The notes beneath the pieces were generated by a model. The model was not told the DNA's origin, made no database searches, and worked only from the letters and a program-made list of their open reading frames with translations. The position numbers and the translations under genes were made by a program. From the IMG/VR virus record IMGVR_UViG_3300042891_002054: a DNA stretch of 64,000 nucleotides; one strand, written 5' to 3'. Of the stretch, positions 27,635 through 36,751 are shown piece after piece. Origin of the DNA: a virus (Duplodnaviria; Heunggongvirae; Uroviricota; Caudoviricetes). How positions within the stretch are numbered: the stretch's first letter is position 1; every line of letters begins with the position of its first letter.

Positions 27635-28344
27635 AAACAGCAGTATTATTAAATGGTAATTATAGAACTTTTGATAGATGTTCACCAGTATTTTTAGATA
27701 AATTTAATCCTCTTTCCCCTGATTATTTTATTAACACCTATGATGTTCGTTATATGTATCATGGTTGTATTAAAAATGCTTTAAATTTTTATGACGAACA
27801 ATCAATTGATATAAATTCATTTTCTGAGTTTGAATATAAAGATATTTTAATTGATTCTTATTCTGATATGGTACAATATTTTGATACAGAAATACTACCA
27901 ACAATTCATCCAGCAATGATTCTTGAAAATGGTTCTTCTTATTTACAATTAGTAAAATGGAAGAAAGGTCTTGATATGATAACTAAATACGAGATTGCAA
28001 ATAAAATTAAATATGATCTTATCATTTTAACAAGATTTGATGTTATCCCCAATTCAATTGACCATCTAAATTATTTTGATATTATTAATAAAGTTATAAT
28101 GAATAAATGTTCCATGGGTTTTGCTAATGATCAAATTTTAATTTCTACTAAAGGAAATCTACTTCAGATTATTGATTTTATGCTTTCGGAATTTCATAAT
28201 TTTACAATTGAATCAAGTAGAAATACAATTCCACATAATTTAATGAAAAATGCCATTGATAGAATTGGTATTGTTCATGAAGAACATTCTCAATTATTGC
28301 ATTGTATTTTAAGAGAAAATAATGTAAAAGCATTGGTGGCTTAA
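27631..28344 (+). CDS. Hypothetical protein (paralog of 28791..29483)
   Basis: N-terminus 'KTAVLLNGNYRTFDRC...FLDKF' parallels 'KIAILLPGHLRTWEYC...FIDKF' in the downstream paralog. Confidence 0.4.
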   Translation: MKTAVLLNGNYRTFDRCSPVFLDKFNPLSPDYFINTYDVRYMYHGCIKNALNFYDEQSIDINSFSEFEYKDILIDSYSDMVQYFDTEILPTIHPAMILENGSSYLQLVKWKKGLDMITKYEIANKIKYDLIILTRFDVIPNSIDHLNYFDIINKVIMNKCSMGFANDQILISTKGNLLQIIDFMLSEFHNFTIESSRNTIPHNLMKNAIDRIGIVHEEHSQLLHCILRENNVKALVA

Positions 28345-28794
28345 ATGAAAATTATTTGTCATAGAGGTAATCTAAACGGTCCAAATATTTTTACTGAGAA
28401 TCACCCTGATCAAATTGATTTATGTATATCAAAAGGGTATGATGTTGAAGTAGATCTTTGGTGTCATTATGGTGAATTTTATCTTGGTCACAATAAAGGA
28501 ATGGATAGAATTTCATTATCTTATTTGGTAGAACGGAAAGATAAATTGTGGATTCATTGTAAAAATCAAGATGCATTATTCGCTTTAAATAATCTTGGAT
28601 TTAATTATTTTTGGCATCAAGAAGATGATGTTACAATAACATCGCACGAATTTATTTGGGCATATCCTGGTAAACAAAAAAAACCATATAGAAACATTGT
28701 TATACTTGATTTTTCTGAAAAAGTTAATTTTGACTATTATAGAAATCTTGGTGTTTATGCCATTTGTGTTGATTATGTTGAGGAACGAGAATGA
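28345..28794 (+). CDS. Truncated glycerophosphodiester phosphodiesterase (GDPD)-like protein
   Basis: 'ICHRGNLNGPNIFTENHPDQIDLCISKGYDVEVDLW...YLGHN' matches the GDPD N-terminal catalytic region (HRG...EN...E.D). Only 149 aa. Confidence 0.5.
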   Translation: MKIICHRGNLNGPNIFTENHPDQIDLCISKGYDVEVDLWCHYGEFYLGHNKGMDRISLSYLVERKDKLWIHCKNQDALFALNNLGFNYFWHQEDDVTITSHEFIWAYPGKQKKPYRNIVILDFSEKVNFDYYRNLGVYAICVDYVEERE

Positions 28795-29483
28795 AAATTG
28801 CTATCCTTCTTCCAGGTCATTTAAGAACTTGGGAATATTGTAAACAAAATTTTATTGATAAATTTATTGATGAGCGCCATCAAATAGATATTTTTGTTGA
28901 CACTTATAATGAAGTTGAGTCTGCTTATCCAACTGATAGATTAGATCTATATCCTAAAAATAAAAAACTCGTTCTGAGCAATCATGAAGTATTTGATTTA
29001 TTTTCTGATTTAAATGTTGTGATGTTTAATGTTGAATCTGAAGAAATTAATAGGGGATTTGAGCAAGGACCACAAGCAGTAAAAATTGAAAAATGCTATA
29101 AATTATTTCAAGATTACGTTTCCGTTCATGGTGAATATGATTTAGTTATTAAAAGCAGATTCGATATTCTTGTTGAAGATAAAATTGATTATAACTTTTT
29201 CTGTGAGAATACTTTAAATAATAATTTTTTATTTACAAGTCATATAGATATTAATAGTCAAAAATTTGGTTTTGGTAGAAATTATTGCGATCATTTAGGG
29301 ATTGGTAATTCTGATGTAATGGATAAGTATCTTACAAGATATTCTAAATTTTTAAGGAAATATGAAGTTTATCATGGATCATTAGATGGGTTAATCAATG
29401 AATATAATCTCCATAGATCTTCTGACTATATACATAGTGGGTTGGTTAGATTTAATGGTGATAATTATGAAATTATTTGGTAG
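28791..29483 (+). CDS. Hypothetical protein (paralog of 27631..28344)
   Basis: See the 27631..28344 entry. Confidence 0.4.
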   Translation: MKIAILLPGHLRTWEYCKQNFIDKFIDERHQIDIFVDTYNEVESAYPTDRLDLYPKNKKLVLSNHEVFDLFSDLNVVMFNVESEEINRGFEQGPQAVKIEKCYKLFQDYVSVHGEYDLVIKSRFDILVEDKIDYNFFCENTLNNNFLFTSHIDINSQKFGFGRNYCDHLGIGNSDVMDKYLTRYSKFLRKYEVYHGSLDGLINEYNLHRSSDYIHSGLVRFNGDNYEIIW

Positions 29484-29489
29484 GAAATT

Positions 29490-30290
29490 ATGAAAAAAGT
29501 TATTATATCGCATATTTACAATGAAGAATATTTACTTCCGTGGTGGTTGAATCATCATAAAAAATATTTTGATCATGGTATTATTATTGATTATGATTCA
29601 ACAGATAGATCTGCAGAAATTGTAAAAGAAATTTGTCCAACGTGGGAATTTGTTAGATCAAAAAATTCAGAATATAATGAAGTTGAATTACAAAATGAAG
29701 TTTTTGAATATGAATCTAGATATGGTGAGGATGTGTGGAAAGCCTGTCTAAATGTAACTGAATTTTTAATTGGTGATTTTAATTCGCTAGATAGTACACT
29801 GGGGGTTAATATTATCCCTTGTTTGTATTTTATTGATGATCAAGAATTGCGAGACTCTTCCACATTATCATATGATAAACCGTTATGGGAAATTATTAAA
29901 ACTGGGTTAGACGTTCCATTTACGTTAGATTTTAGGGGGTCTAGAGCAATTCATACTCCTAATTTCAGATATCCTCCTGGAAGACATTTTAGAAGAATAA
30001 TTAATACTGATAGATTTATCATTTTCAATTATGGGTTTGCTCCTATGACAGAGGAATTCTATAAAAGAAAATTACAAGTTCAGGAATTAATTCCTTATGA
30101 GGAGAGAGTTAAACATAATGGTGGTGCACATACTGATGCATTAAATCCAAATGGATTAACTAGAGAACGGTTAGTTGAGATGTATAGAGAATATGTACCA
30201 ATTGATAATCCGCATTTTCCTAGATTAATGCCTAGGTGTACTGATTTAACTCATGTTATGAATCAATTTTTATCGCGATTACCGAAATGA
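29490..30290 (+). CDS. Putative glycosyltransferase (GT92/DUF23-like GT-A)
   Basis: 'VIISHIYNEEYLLPWWLNHHKKYFDHGIIIDYDSTD' resembles the GT92/GT2-like N-terminal region. Confidence 0.4.
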   Translation: MKKVIISHIYNEEYLLPWWLNHHKKYFDHGIIIDYDSTDRSAEIVKEICPTWEFVRSKNSEYNEVELQNEVFEYESRYGEDVWKACLNVTEFLIGDFNSLDSTLGVNIIPCLYFIDDQELRDSSTLSYDKPLWEIIKTGLDVPFTLDFRGSRAIHTPNFRYPPGRHFRRIINTDRFIIFNYGFAPMTEEFYKRKLQVQELIPYEERVKHNGGAHTDALNPNGLTRERLVEMYREYVPIDNPHFPRLMPRCTDLTHVMNQFLSRLPK

Positions 30291-31264
30291 AAATAGCCTT
30301 TCAAACAAATACAATTTGCCACCGTGGGACAACGGTGGCAGTTCTTGATTATGCAAAATATAATCAACAAATTCTAGGTAATGAAAGTATTATTGTTTAC
30401 CCAGAAAATTTTAACGATCCAGGAGTTAGCCTTGATTCATTAACTCAACAAGATGTTCTTGAGGAAGTTAAACGTCAATTTACCGTTATTGGTTACAACT
30501 CATTACAGGAATTAGATCAAATTATTGTTGATAATAATGTTGATGCCACTTATTTTATCAAAGGTGGTTTTAATGATGGTTTACTGACAACAAAATCTAA
30601 AAATTTAGTTCATGCCGTATTTCAGGCTAACCAACCGCATGGAGATAAGTACGCTTACATTTCAGAATGGTTATCTTCTCATATGAGTGGCGGTGAGATT
30701 GATTACGTTCCTCATATTGTTGATCTACCTAAAACAGCAAAAACAGATTACAGAGAAAAGTTAGATATCACTAAAGATAAAATTGTTGTTGGTAGGATTG
30801 GTGGGTTGCATCAGTTTGATATTAGATGGGTAATGCAAACAGTTGCTAATTTTGCTTATAATAACCCTAATTATGAATTTGTGTTTGTTAATACTGCTCC
30901 ATTTTTAAATCCTAGTTTACCTAATATTAAATTTATAGATCCTATTATTGATGAGCAAGAAAAAACTGATTTTATTTTAGCGTGTGATGCTATGATTCAT
31001 GCTAGAAGTGATGGTGAATCATTTGGTTTAGCAATTTGTGAGGGTTTATTTCACGATAAACCTGTTTTTGCTTATAATGGCGGAAGAGATCAACATCATT
31101 TACAATTATTAGAAGGTACTGGGTTGCTATACAATAACCCAGAAGATTTGTGGATAAAATTATTAAATATTAAAAATAATTATCCATATTCATATTCAAA
31201 ATTGGTTGAACAATTTACTCCTGAAACTGTTATGAAAAAATTTAAACAGGTATTTTTATCATGA
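30287..31264 (+). CDS. GT-B fold glycosyltransferase (GT4-like)
   Basis: C-terminal 'GESFGLAICEGLFHDKPVFAYNGG' matches the GT4 E-x7-E donor-binding motif. Confidence 0.5.
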   Translation: MKIAFQTNTICHRGTTVAVLDYAKYNQQILGNESIIVYPENFNDPGVSLDSLTQQDVLEEVKRQFTVIGYNSLQELDQIIVDNNVDATYFIKGGFNDGLLTTKSKNLVHAVFQANQPHGDKYAYISEWLSSHMSGGEIDYVPHIVDLPKTAKTDYREKLDITKDKIVVGRIGGLHQFDIRWVMQTVANFAYNNPNYEFVFVNTAPFLNPSLPNIKFIDPIIDEQEKTDFILACDAMIHARSDGESFGLAICEGLFHDKPVFAYNGGRDQHHLQLLEGTGLLYNNPEDLWIKLLNIKNNYPYSYSKLVEQFTPETVMKKFKQVFLS

Positions 31265-31953
31265 ATTCTGTTAGTATAACATGTATCGATTCATTGAATT
31301 ATATTGAGACTATAACTGCACTAAAATCTACGATTAAAACGGTAAAGGATAAAGTAAATCTTACGAAAATTTATTGGTTTAGTGATATTGATTTTCCTGA
31401 CACAATAGAAATTCCAGTTGTTTGGGTTAAAATAAACAGGATTAAATGCTATATAGAAGAATATAATTTTATAACTTTAAAATTAGTTCCTCATATTGTA
31501 ACTGAAGATTTTAATTTAATTATTCATGGAGACGGATTCGCTGTTAACCCTGATGCATGGGATAATGTATTTTTTGAATATGATTATATCGGGGCAGCAT
31601 GGGGTGATGGATTTGTTGGAAATGGTGGATTTAGCCTTAGAAGCAGAAAATTATATGATGCAATTCTTGATTTGAATATAAATTATTCAACATCTCAATT
31701 TCCAGAAGAAATATTGAATACTCCTACATTTTTTGTTATAGATTCAAACGGGAATAAATTCACTCCGGAGGATACTATTTTATGCAGAATATATAAGAAT
31801 ATATTATCTCAGGATTATGGGGTGAAATGGGCTCCGGTTTCTATTGCTGATAGGTTTAGTATTGAATCAAATATGCATTCTGAGTGGTTAGGGTTAAGTC
31901 TTGGGTTTCATGGTAAACATGGAGTTGCTCCGTATTATGGAGTAACATTATAA
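31261..31953 (+). CDS. Hypothetical protein
   Basis: Contains a 'GDGFVGNGGFSLRSRK' segment; I cannot identify it confidently. Confidence 0.35.
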   Translation: MNSVSITCIDSLNYIETITALKSTIKTVKDKVNLTKIYWFSDIDFPDTIEIPVVWVKINRIKCYIEEYNFITLKLVPHIVTEDFNLIIHGDGFAVNPDAWDNVFFEYDYIGAAWGDGFVGNGGFSLRSRKLYDAILDLNINYSTSQFPEEILNTPTFFVIDSNGNKFTPEDTILCRIYKNILSQDYGVKWAPVSIADRFSIESNMHSEWLGLSLGFHGKHGVAPYYGVTL

Positions 31954-31956
31954 TCC

Positions 31957-31985
31957 TTTACGAAAATTGATTTTTAGTATACAAT
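31957..31985 (+). promoter_or_regulatory. Sigma70-like promoter (TTTACG-N17-TACAAT)
   Basis: TTTACG 31957-31962, 17-nt spacer, TACAAT 31980-31985. Precedes the dehydrase gene. Confidence 0.4.
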
Positions 31986-32012
31986 ATAAAAAAACTTTGG
32001 AATTTTAAAATT

Positions 32013-33296
32013 ATGCAAACACAAGAAATGATTGAAGCGTTGTCAAAAACAGTTTTACCGAAATATGTAAAAAATTATGATAACTATCAAGAAGGCGATT
32101 TTGTTCAGTATTCTGGACAATTATGGGATGATAAAGAAATTTATGCAACTCTGGATACAATTTTAAATGGTAATTGGATTGTATCCGGTGAGAAAGTAAA
32201 TAAATTCCAGAGACTATTCAGTAAAAAATTTAATGTGAAACATTCGCATATGGTTAATTCCGGTAGCTCTGCTAATTTAGTTTTGATTACTGCAATGAAA
32301 AATCGCTTTAATTGGGAAACGGGTTCTGAGATTATTGTTTCTCCTGTTGGGTTTCCAACAACAATTTCTCCTATTGTACAAAATGGATTTACTCCAGTTT
32401 TTATTGATATTGAATTGGACACCTTAAATTTTAATGTAGATTTAATTGAAGATAAAATTACTGAGCGAACAAAAGCAATTTTTGTATCCCCTGTATTGGC
32501 CAATCCACCTGATATTGATAGATTGTTGCAAATTTGCGAGAGAAATAATATTATCTTATTAGGTGATAATTGTGATTCTCTTGGAACTCTTTGGAAAGAT
32601 AAATTAATTACTGATTATTATTATGCTTGGACAACTTCATTTTATCCTGCTCATCATATTAGTACTGGTGAGGGTGGAATGGTTTGTTCAAATGATAAAG
32701 AATTAATTGATCTTGCTAGAAGCGTTTCTTGGTGGGGCAGGGATTGTTATTGTGTTGGCGCTAATAATTTATTAGCATGCGGTACGTGTAAAAATAGATT
32801 TGATAGATGGCTTCCTGATTATGATGGTGTTATTGATCACAAATATATCTTTACAACAATTGGTTATAACTTGAAACCTCTTGATTTCCAGGGTGCAATT
32901 GGTATTGAACAATTAAACAAATTTGATGGGTTAGAATCAAAACGCAGGGAATATAAAAATAAAATTCAATCATTTATTGAATCAAATATTTCTGGTGTTA
33001 GAGTTATGAATTCAACAGCGGGATCTGACCCATCTTGGTTTGGTGTTCCTGTATTTTGTGAAACTCAAGAATTGAAAGAAAAGTTAGTTGCTTATTTTGA
33101 AGAAAATAAAATTCAAACTAGAAATTATTTTAGCGGAAATATTTTAATTCATCCTGGATATAAACATTTAGATGATTATAAAAAATATCCTAATTCCAAT
33201 TTAGCATTAAGTAATGTATTTTTCTTAGGGTGTTCACCGCTGTATAATGATAAAATTTTACATTATATTGAAAAGGTTTGTATTCAATGGAATTAA
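32013..33296 (+). CDS. PMP-dependent NDP-4-keto-6-deoxyhexose 3-dehydrase (E1/DdhC-ColD-like, DegT family) with predicted [2Fe-2S] motif
   Basis: DegT/DnrJ/EryC1 fold ('NSGSSANLVLITAM'). The usual PLP lysine is replaced by His in 'FYPAHHISTGEGG', as in E1/ColD dehydrases. Cysteine motif C-X57-C-X1-C-X8-C ('NCDS...RDCYCVGANNLLAC') closely matches the E1 [2Fe-2S] ligand spacing C-X57-C-X-C-X7-C. 427 aa. Confidence 0.65.
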   Translation: MQTQEMIEALSKTVLPKYVKNYDNYQEGDFVQYSGQLWDDKEIYATLDTILNGNWIVSGEKVNKFQRLFSKKFNVKHSHMVNSGSSANLVLITAMKNRFNWETGSEIIVSPVGFPTTISPIVQNGFTPVFIDIELDTLNFNVDLIEDKITERTKAIFVSPVLANPPDIDRLLQICERNNIILLGDNCDSLGTLWKDKLITDYYYAWTTSFYPAHHISTGEGGMVCSNDKELIDLARSVSWWGRDCYCVGANNLLACGTCKNRFDRWLPDYDGVIDHKYIFTTIGYNLKPLDFQGAIGIEQLNKFDGLESKRREYKNKIQSFIESNISGVRVMNSTAGSDPSWFGVPVFCETQELKEKLVAYFEENKIQTRNYFSGNILIHPGYKHLDDYKKYPNSNLALSNVFFLGCSPLYNDKILHYIEKVCIQWN

Positions 33297-34087
33297 ATGT
33301 TCTTGGTGGTAGCGGTTTTATTGGGGGTCGGTTCTGTGAACTTATCCCTAATACTATAAAAAATGATAGAAATGATTATGAAGTAAAAACTAATGATGTT
33401 GTTTACTTTATTTCAACAATTGATAATTATAATATACATACCGATCCTTATCTTGACATTGAAACTAATTTAACAACATTAATTAAAACATTAGAATCTT
33501 GTAAAGGTAAAGATGTAACATTTAATTTTATTAGTTCTTGGTTTGTTTATGGCGGGGATAATGTTTCCCCGTTAAAAGAAACATCTAGATGCGATGCAAA
33601 AGGTTTTTATAGTGCAACTAAAAGAGCTGCAGAACAATTACTAATAACTTATTGTGAAACATTTAATATAACGTACAGAATATTGCGAGTCGGTAATGTT
33701 CTTGGTGAACAAGATAAAAAAGTTTCTAGTAAGAAAAACGTTGTGCAATATATGATTAGTTTATTGAAAAAAGATGAACCGATTAAACTATATAATGGCG
33801 GTAATTTAATTAGAGATTATATCTATATTGATGATTTAGTCGAGGCAATTAATTTAATTGTAACTAAAGGTGAATTAAATTCTATTTACAATGTTAGTAC
33901 AGGAATTCCTTCTGTACTAGGTGATGTTATAAAATTTGCTGCTAAAAAATTGAAATCAAATTCAACAATTGAAATTGTTGATCCTGATTCTTCTTGGGGT
34001 GGAAATTATTTAGATATTTCAAAGTTAAAATCTCTCGGGTTTGTTCCGAAATATACTATTAATGATATTTTGGATAGATTAATTTAA
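33278..34087 (+). CDS. NAD-dependent epimerase/dehydratase (SDR)
   Basis: 'VLGGSGFIGGRF' Rossmann fold and catalytic 'YSATKRAAEQL'. Confidence 0.6.
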   Translation: MYSMELNVLGGSGFIGGRFCELIPNTIKNDRNDYEVKTNDVVYFISTIDNYNIHTDPYLDIETNLTTLIKTLESCKGKDVTFNFISSWFVYGGDNVSPLKETSRCDAKGFYSATKRAAEQLLITYCETFNITYRILRVGNVLGEQDKKVSSKKNVVQYMISLLKKDEPIKLYNGGNLIRDYIYIDDLVEAINLIVTKGELNSIYNVSTGIPSVLGDVIKFAAKKLKSNSTIEIVDPDSSWGGNYLDISKLKSLGFVPKYTINDILDRLI

Positions 34088-34092
34088 TAATT

Positions 34093-34100
34093 TATAAATA
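34093..34100 (+). promoter_or_regulatory. T4-type late promoter box TATAAATA
   Basis: Exact TATAAATA, 37 nt upstream of the ATG at 34137. Confidence 0.4.
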
Positions 34101-34136
34101 GTAATTATTGTTAAATTTATAAACCAAAGGGGTTTT

Positions 34137-35312
34137 ATGTTATCTTTTAAATTATTTTTAGCAGAAAGTGAAGAAGAGGGTTCTAAATTAAAACACATCA
34201 AACATCCAGAAGATAGAGTTTTTGAAGGTGGAGCAGGATTTGATCACGCTTTTGGGGCATTAAATCATGCTCATAATTATGTTAAGAGCGGTGAATCCAG
34301 TTCTCACCTTACTATGAAATATGATGGTTCTCCATCTATTGTTTATGGTCATCATCCAGAAACTGGTAAATTCTTTGTAGCTTCAAAATCAGCTTTTAAT
34401 AAAAATCCAAAAATAAACTATACTAATGAAGATATTGAAACTCATCACGGGCATGCTCCTGGATTAGTAAATAAATTAAAAGATGCATTAGATCATCTCC
34501 CTAAAGTAACACCTAAGAAGGGTGTTTATCAGGGAGATTTAATGTTTAGTGGAGAAGAAGATAAAAAACAGAACCCAGACGGTTCTGTATCGTTTACTCC
34601 TAATACAATCACTTATACAGCTCATGGTGATGATGCTGATAACATTAAAAAAGCTAAAGTTGGCGTTGTAACTCATACACAATATCGCGGTGATACATTA
34701 TCATCAATGAAAGCTGATCCTCACCCAGATTTACGCAACTTCACCTCCCACCCAGATGTTTGGGCTAAAACCCCAGAACACGATACAAAAAATGTTCATT
34801 ATTCTGAATCAGATCAAAAGAAGTTTAATGGGCATTTAGATGCTGCTAAAAAAATTCACGATCAACACAAAGATACAATGTATCGTGCAATATCCCCTCA
34901 TGGCGGAGATTCTGGTCATTTAGCTACTTACATAAATCATACTGTTAAAACAGGCGAGATCCCGTCTGCAGAAGGTTTAAAAACTCATATTGAAGGTAAG
35001 TATCAAAAACAAATAGATAAACTAAAAACGGATGCTGGCAAGTCTAGAAAACAAATAGAACTGAGTAGCCATTTACAACATATATCAGGTAATGCTGATC
35101 ATTACAATAATTTATTCAAAATGCATCACCATTTGCAAAAAGCAAAAGATATTTTAGTTAAAACTTTAAATCAACATGAAGGCGGATTAGAACATCATAT
35201 AGCAGGTAAGAGAACTGATCCAGAAGGGTTTGTTATTCATCATGAAGGAGAACCATCTAAATTGGTTAATCGAGAAGAATTCTCAAAAGCAAATTTATCA
35301 AAGGTGCGTTAA
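34137..35312 (+). CDS. rnlA: RNA ligase 1 (Rnl1-like), His-rich
   Basis: Nucleotidyltransferase motif I 'HLTMKYDGSPSIVYG' aligns with T4 Rnl1 'ILTKEDGSLVSTY'. C-terminal 'EGFVIHHEGEPSKLVNRE' aligns with Rnl1 'EGYVAVMKDGSHFKIKS'. Numerous His-containing segments. Confidence 0.6.
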   Translation: MLSFKLFLAESEEEGSKLKHIKHPEDRVFEGGAGFDHAFGALNHAHNYVKSGESSSHLTMKYDGSPSIVYGHHPETGKFFVASKSAFNKNPKINYTNEDIETHHGHAPGLVNKLKDALDHLPKVTPKKGVYQGDLMFSGEEDKKQNPDGSVSFTPNTITYTAHGDDADNIKKAKVGVVTHTQYRGDTLSSMKADPHPDLRNFTSHPDVWAKTPEHDTKNVHYSESDQKKFNGHLDAAKKIHDQHKDTMYRAISPHGGDSGHLATYINHTVKTGEIPSAEGLKTHIEGKYQKQIDKLKTDAGKSRKQIELSSHLQHISGNADHYNNLFKMHHHLQKAKDILVKTLNQHEGGLEHHIAGKRTDPEGFVIHHEGEPSKLVNREEFSKANLSKVR

Positions 35313-35313
35313 T

Positions 35314-35937
35314 ATGGCTAATTTAAAACCTGTAGTTACTGCTTTTGGTAGAATGAATCCGCCAACAACAGGACATTTAAAATTAATTCATGCTGTTCAT
35401 TCTGTTGCAGATAAAGAAGGTGCAGACCATTCGATCATAGTTTCTGGTTCGCATGATCCAAAGAAAAATCCATTAAGCGCAGAACAAAAATTAAAACATC
35501 TTTCTAGATATTCGCCTAAAACAAATTTTACTGCTGCTGATACAAATTCTCCAACATTATTGCATCATTTATCCAAATTACATGATGCAGGTCATAAACA
35601 TTTAATTTATGTTGGTGGATCTGATAGGACTAAAGATATGGAAGATTTGATTAATAAATATAATGGTGTAGAAGGGAAACACGGATATTATAATTTTAAA
35701 CAGATAGAAGTCCGTTCAGCTGGTCATAGAGATCCAGATTCAGAAGGAACTGAAGGTATGTCTGGAACAAAAATGAGGGAACATGCTAAAACTAACGATT
35801 TTGAATCATTTAGAAAAGGTGTTCCTAGTAACGTTTCAGATGAACATGCAAAAGAATTGATGCACGATGTTCGTTCTGGTATGAATATAAAAGAATCATA
35901 TGTTCAAGGGTTTTTACATAAACTGAGATTACTGTAA
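35314..35937 (+). CDS. (H/T)xGH-family nucleotidyltransferase (cytidylyltransferase-like; NMN adenylyltransferase candidate)
   Basis: 'VTAFGRMNPPTTGH' (HxGH motif) and 'SGTKMRE' (ISST-like motif). The listed ORF starts at 35230 overlapping rnlA; the ATG at 35314 follows the upstream stop. Confidence 0.55.
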   Translation: MANLKPVVTAFGRMNPPTTGHLKLIHAVHSVADKEGADHSIIVSGSHDPKKNPLSAEQKLKHLSRYSPKTNFTAADTNSPTLLHHLSKLHDAGHKHLIYVGGSDRTKDMEDLINKYNGVEGKHGYYNFKQIEVRSAGHRDPDSEGTEGMSGTKMREHAKTNDFESFRKGVPSNVSDEHAKELMHDVRSGMNIKESYVQGFLHKLRLL

Positions 35938-36741
35938 ATGCAAACTAATCAAGCTATTTTTATTATTGGAAGTCCAGGTTCTGGAAAAGATGTTGTAATT
36001 AGAGATATTTGTTCCAACTTTAATGTTGTTGAATTTGCATCAACTCAAATTGATGAAATGTTATCTAATGATATTGCATTTAAAAGGGCAAAATTTGAAA
36101 AACAATATTCTTTATTAGAGAACCGTTCTATTTTAGTAACAGCAAATTCATATGATTTAAATTTTGTTTTAACTAAAAGTGTTCTTGAATCAGTTGGGTA
36201 TGTAACACATCTGATTTTAGTGGAGGCTGATTTATCTACATCATACGATAGATTGCACAATAGAAAAAATTTAAAAGAATCATTTGATAGAATTGCAATG
36301 GGTAATTCTAATAAAACATCAATAATTGGGTTATTTCCATCAAATATTGTTATTAATAATTCTCAAGTATTAGATTTATCTGAATCAAGAGAATATGTTT
36401 CTAGTATATTAGATGATTTAACTTTTAAAACAAATTTAACTTTAGAAGATATTACAAAAGTTAAATTAAAGAAAAAATTAGTAAAAGGTACTGTTCCTGG
36501 GGATAGCGTAGATAATAGAGGTTTAACTCCTGGAACTTGGTCATCATATATTGGTGTATCAGAATCTTCTGATGTTTATTCTTGGGATTTATCCCCAATT
36601 GCAACTGGTCCTATGCAACAAGTAAAATCTAGTTCATCTGATATGCGAAGCGATCAAGATAAAGAAAACACTAGAAAAATTTTAAATAAAACAAAGGCTA
36701 TACTTTTTAAAAAAGTAGCAGTTCCAAAATCTATCGAATAA
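35938..36741 (+). CDS. P-loop kinase (polynucleotide-kinase-like N-terminal domain; no HAD phosphatase motif seen)
   Basis: 'IFIIGSPGSGKDVVIRDI' Walker A resembling the T4 Pnk kinase domain. Confidence 0.45.
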   Translation: MQTNQAIFIIGSPGSGKDVVIRDICSNFNVVEFASTQIDEMLSNDIAFKRAKFEKQYSLLENRSILVTANSYDLNFVLTKSVLESVGYVTHLILVEADLSTSYDRLHNRKNLKESFDRIAMGNSNKTSIIGLFPSNIVINNSQVLDLSESREYVSSILDDLTFKTNLTLEDITKVKLKKKLVKGTVPGDSVDNRGLTPGTWSSYIGVSESSDVYSWDLSPIATGPMQQVKSSSSDMRSDQDKENTRKILNKTKAILFKKVAVPKSIE

Positions 36742-36751
36742 GGGAATAATA

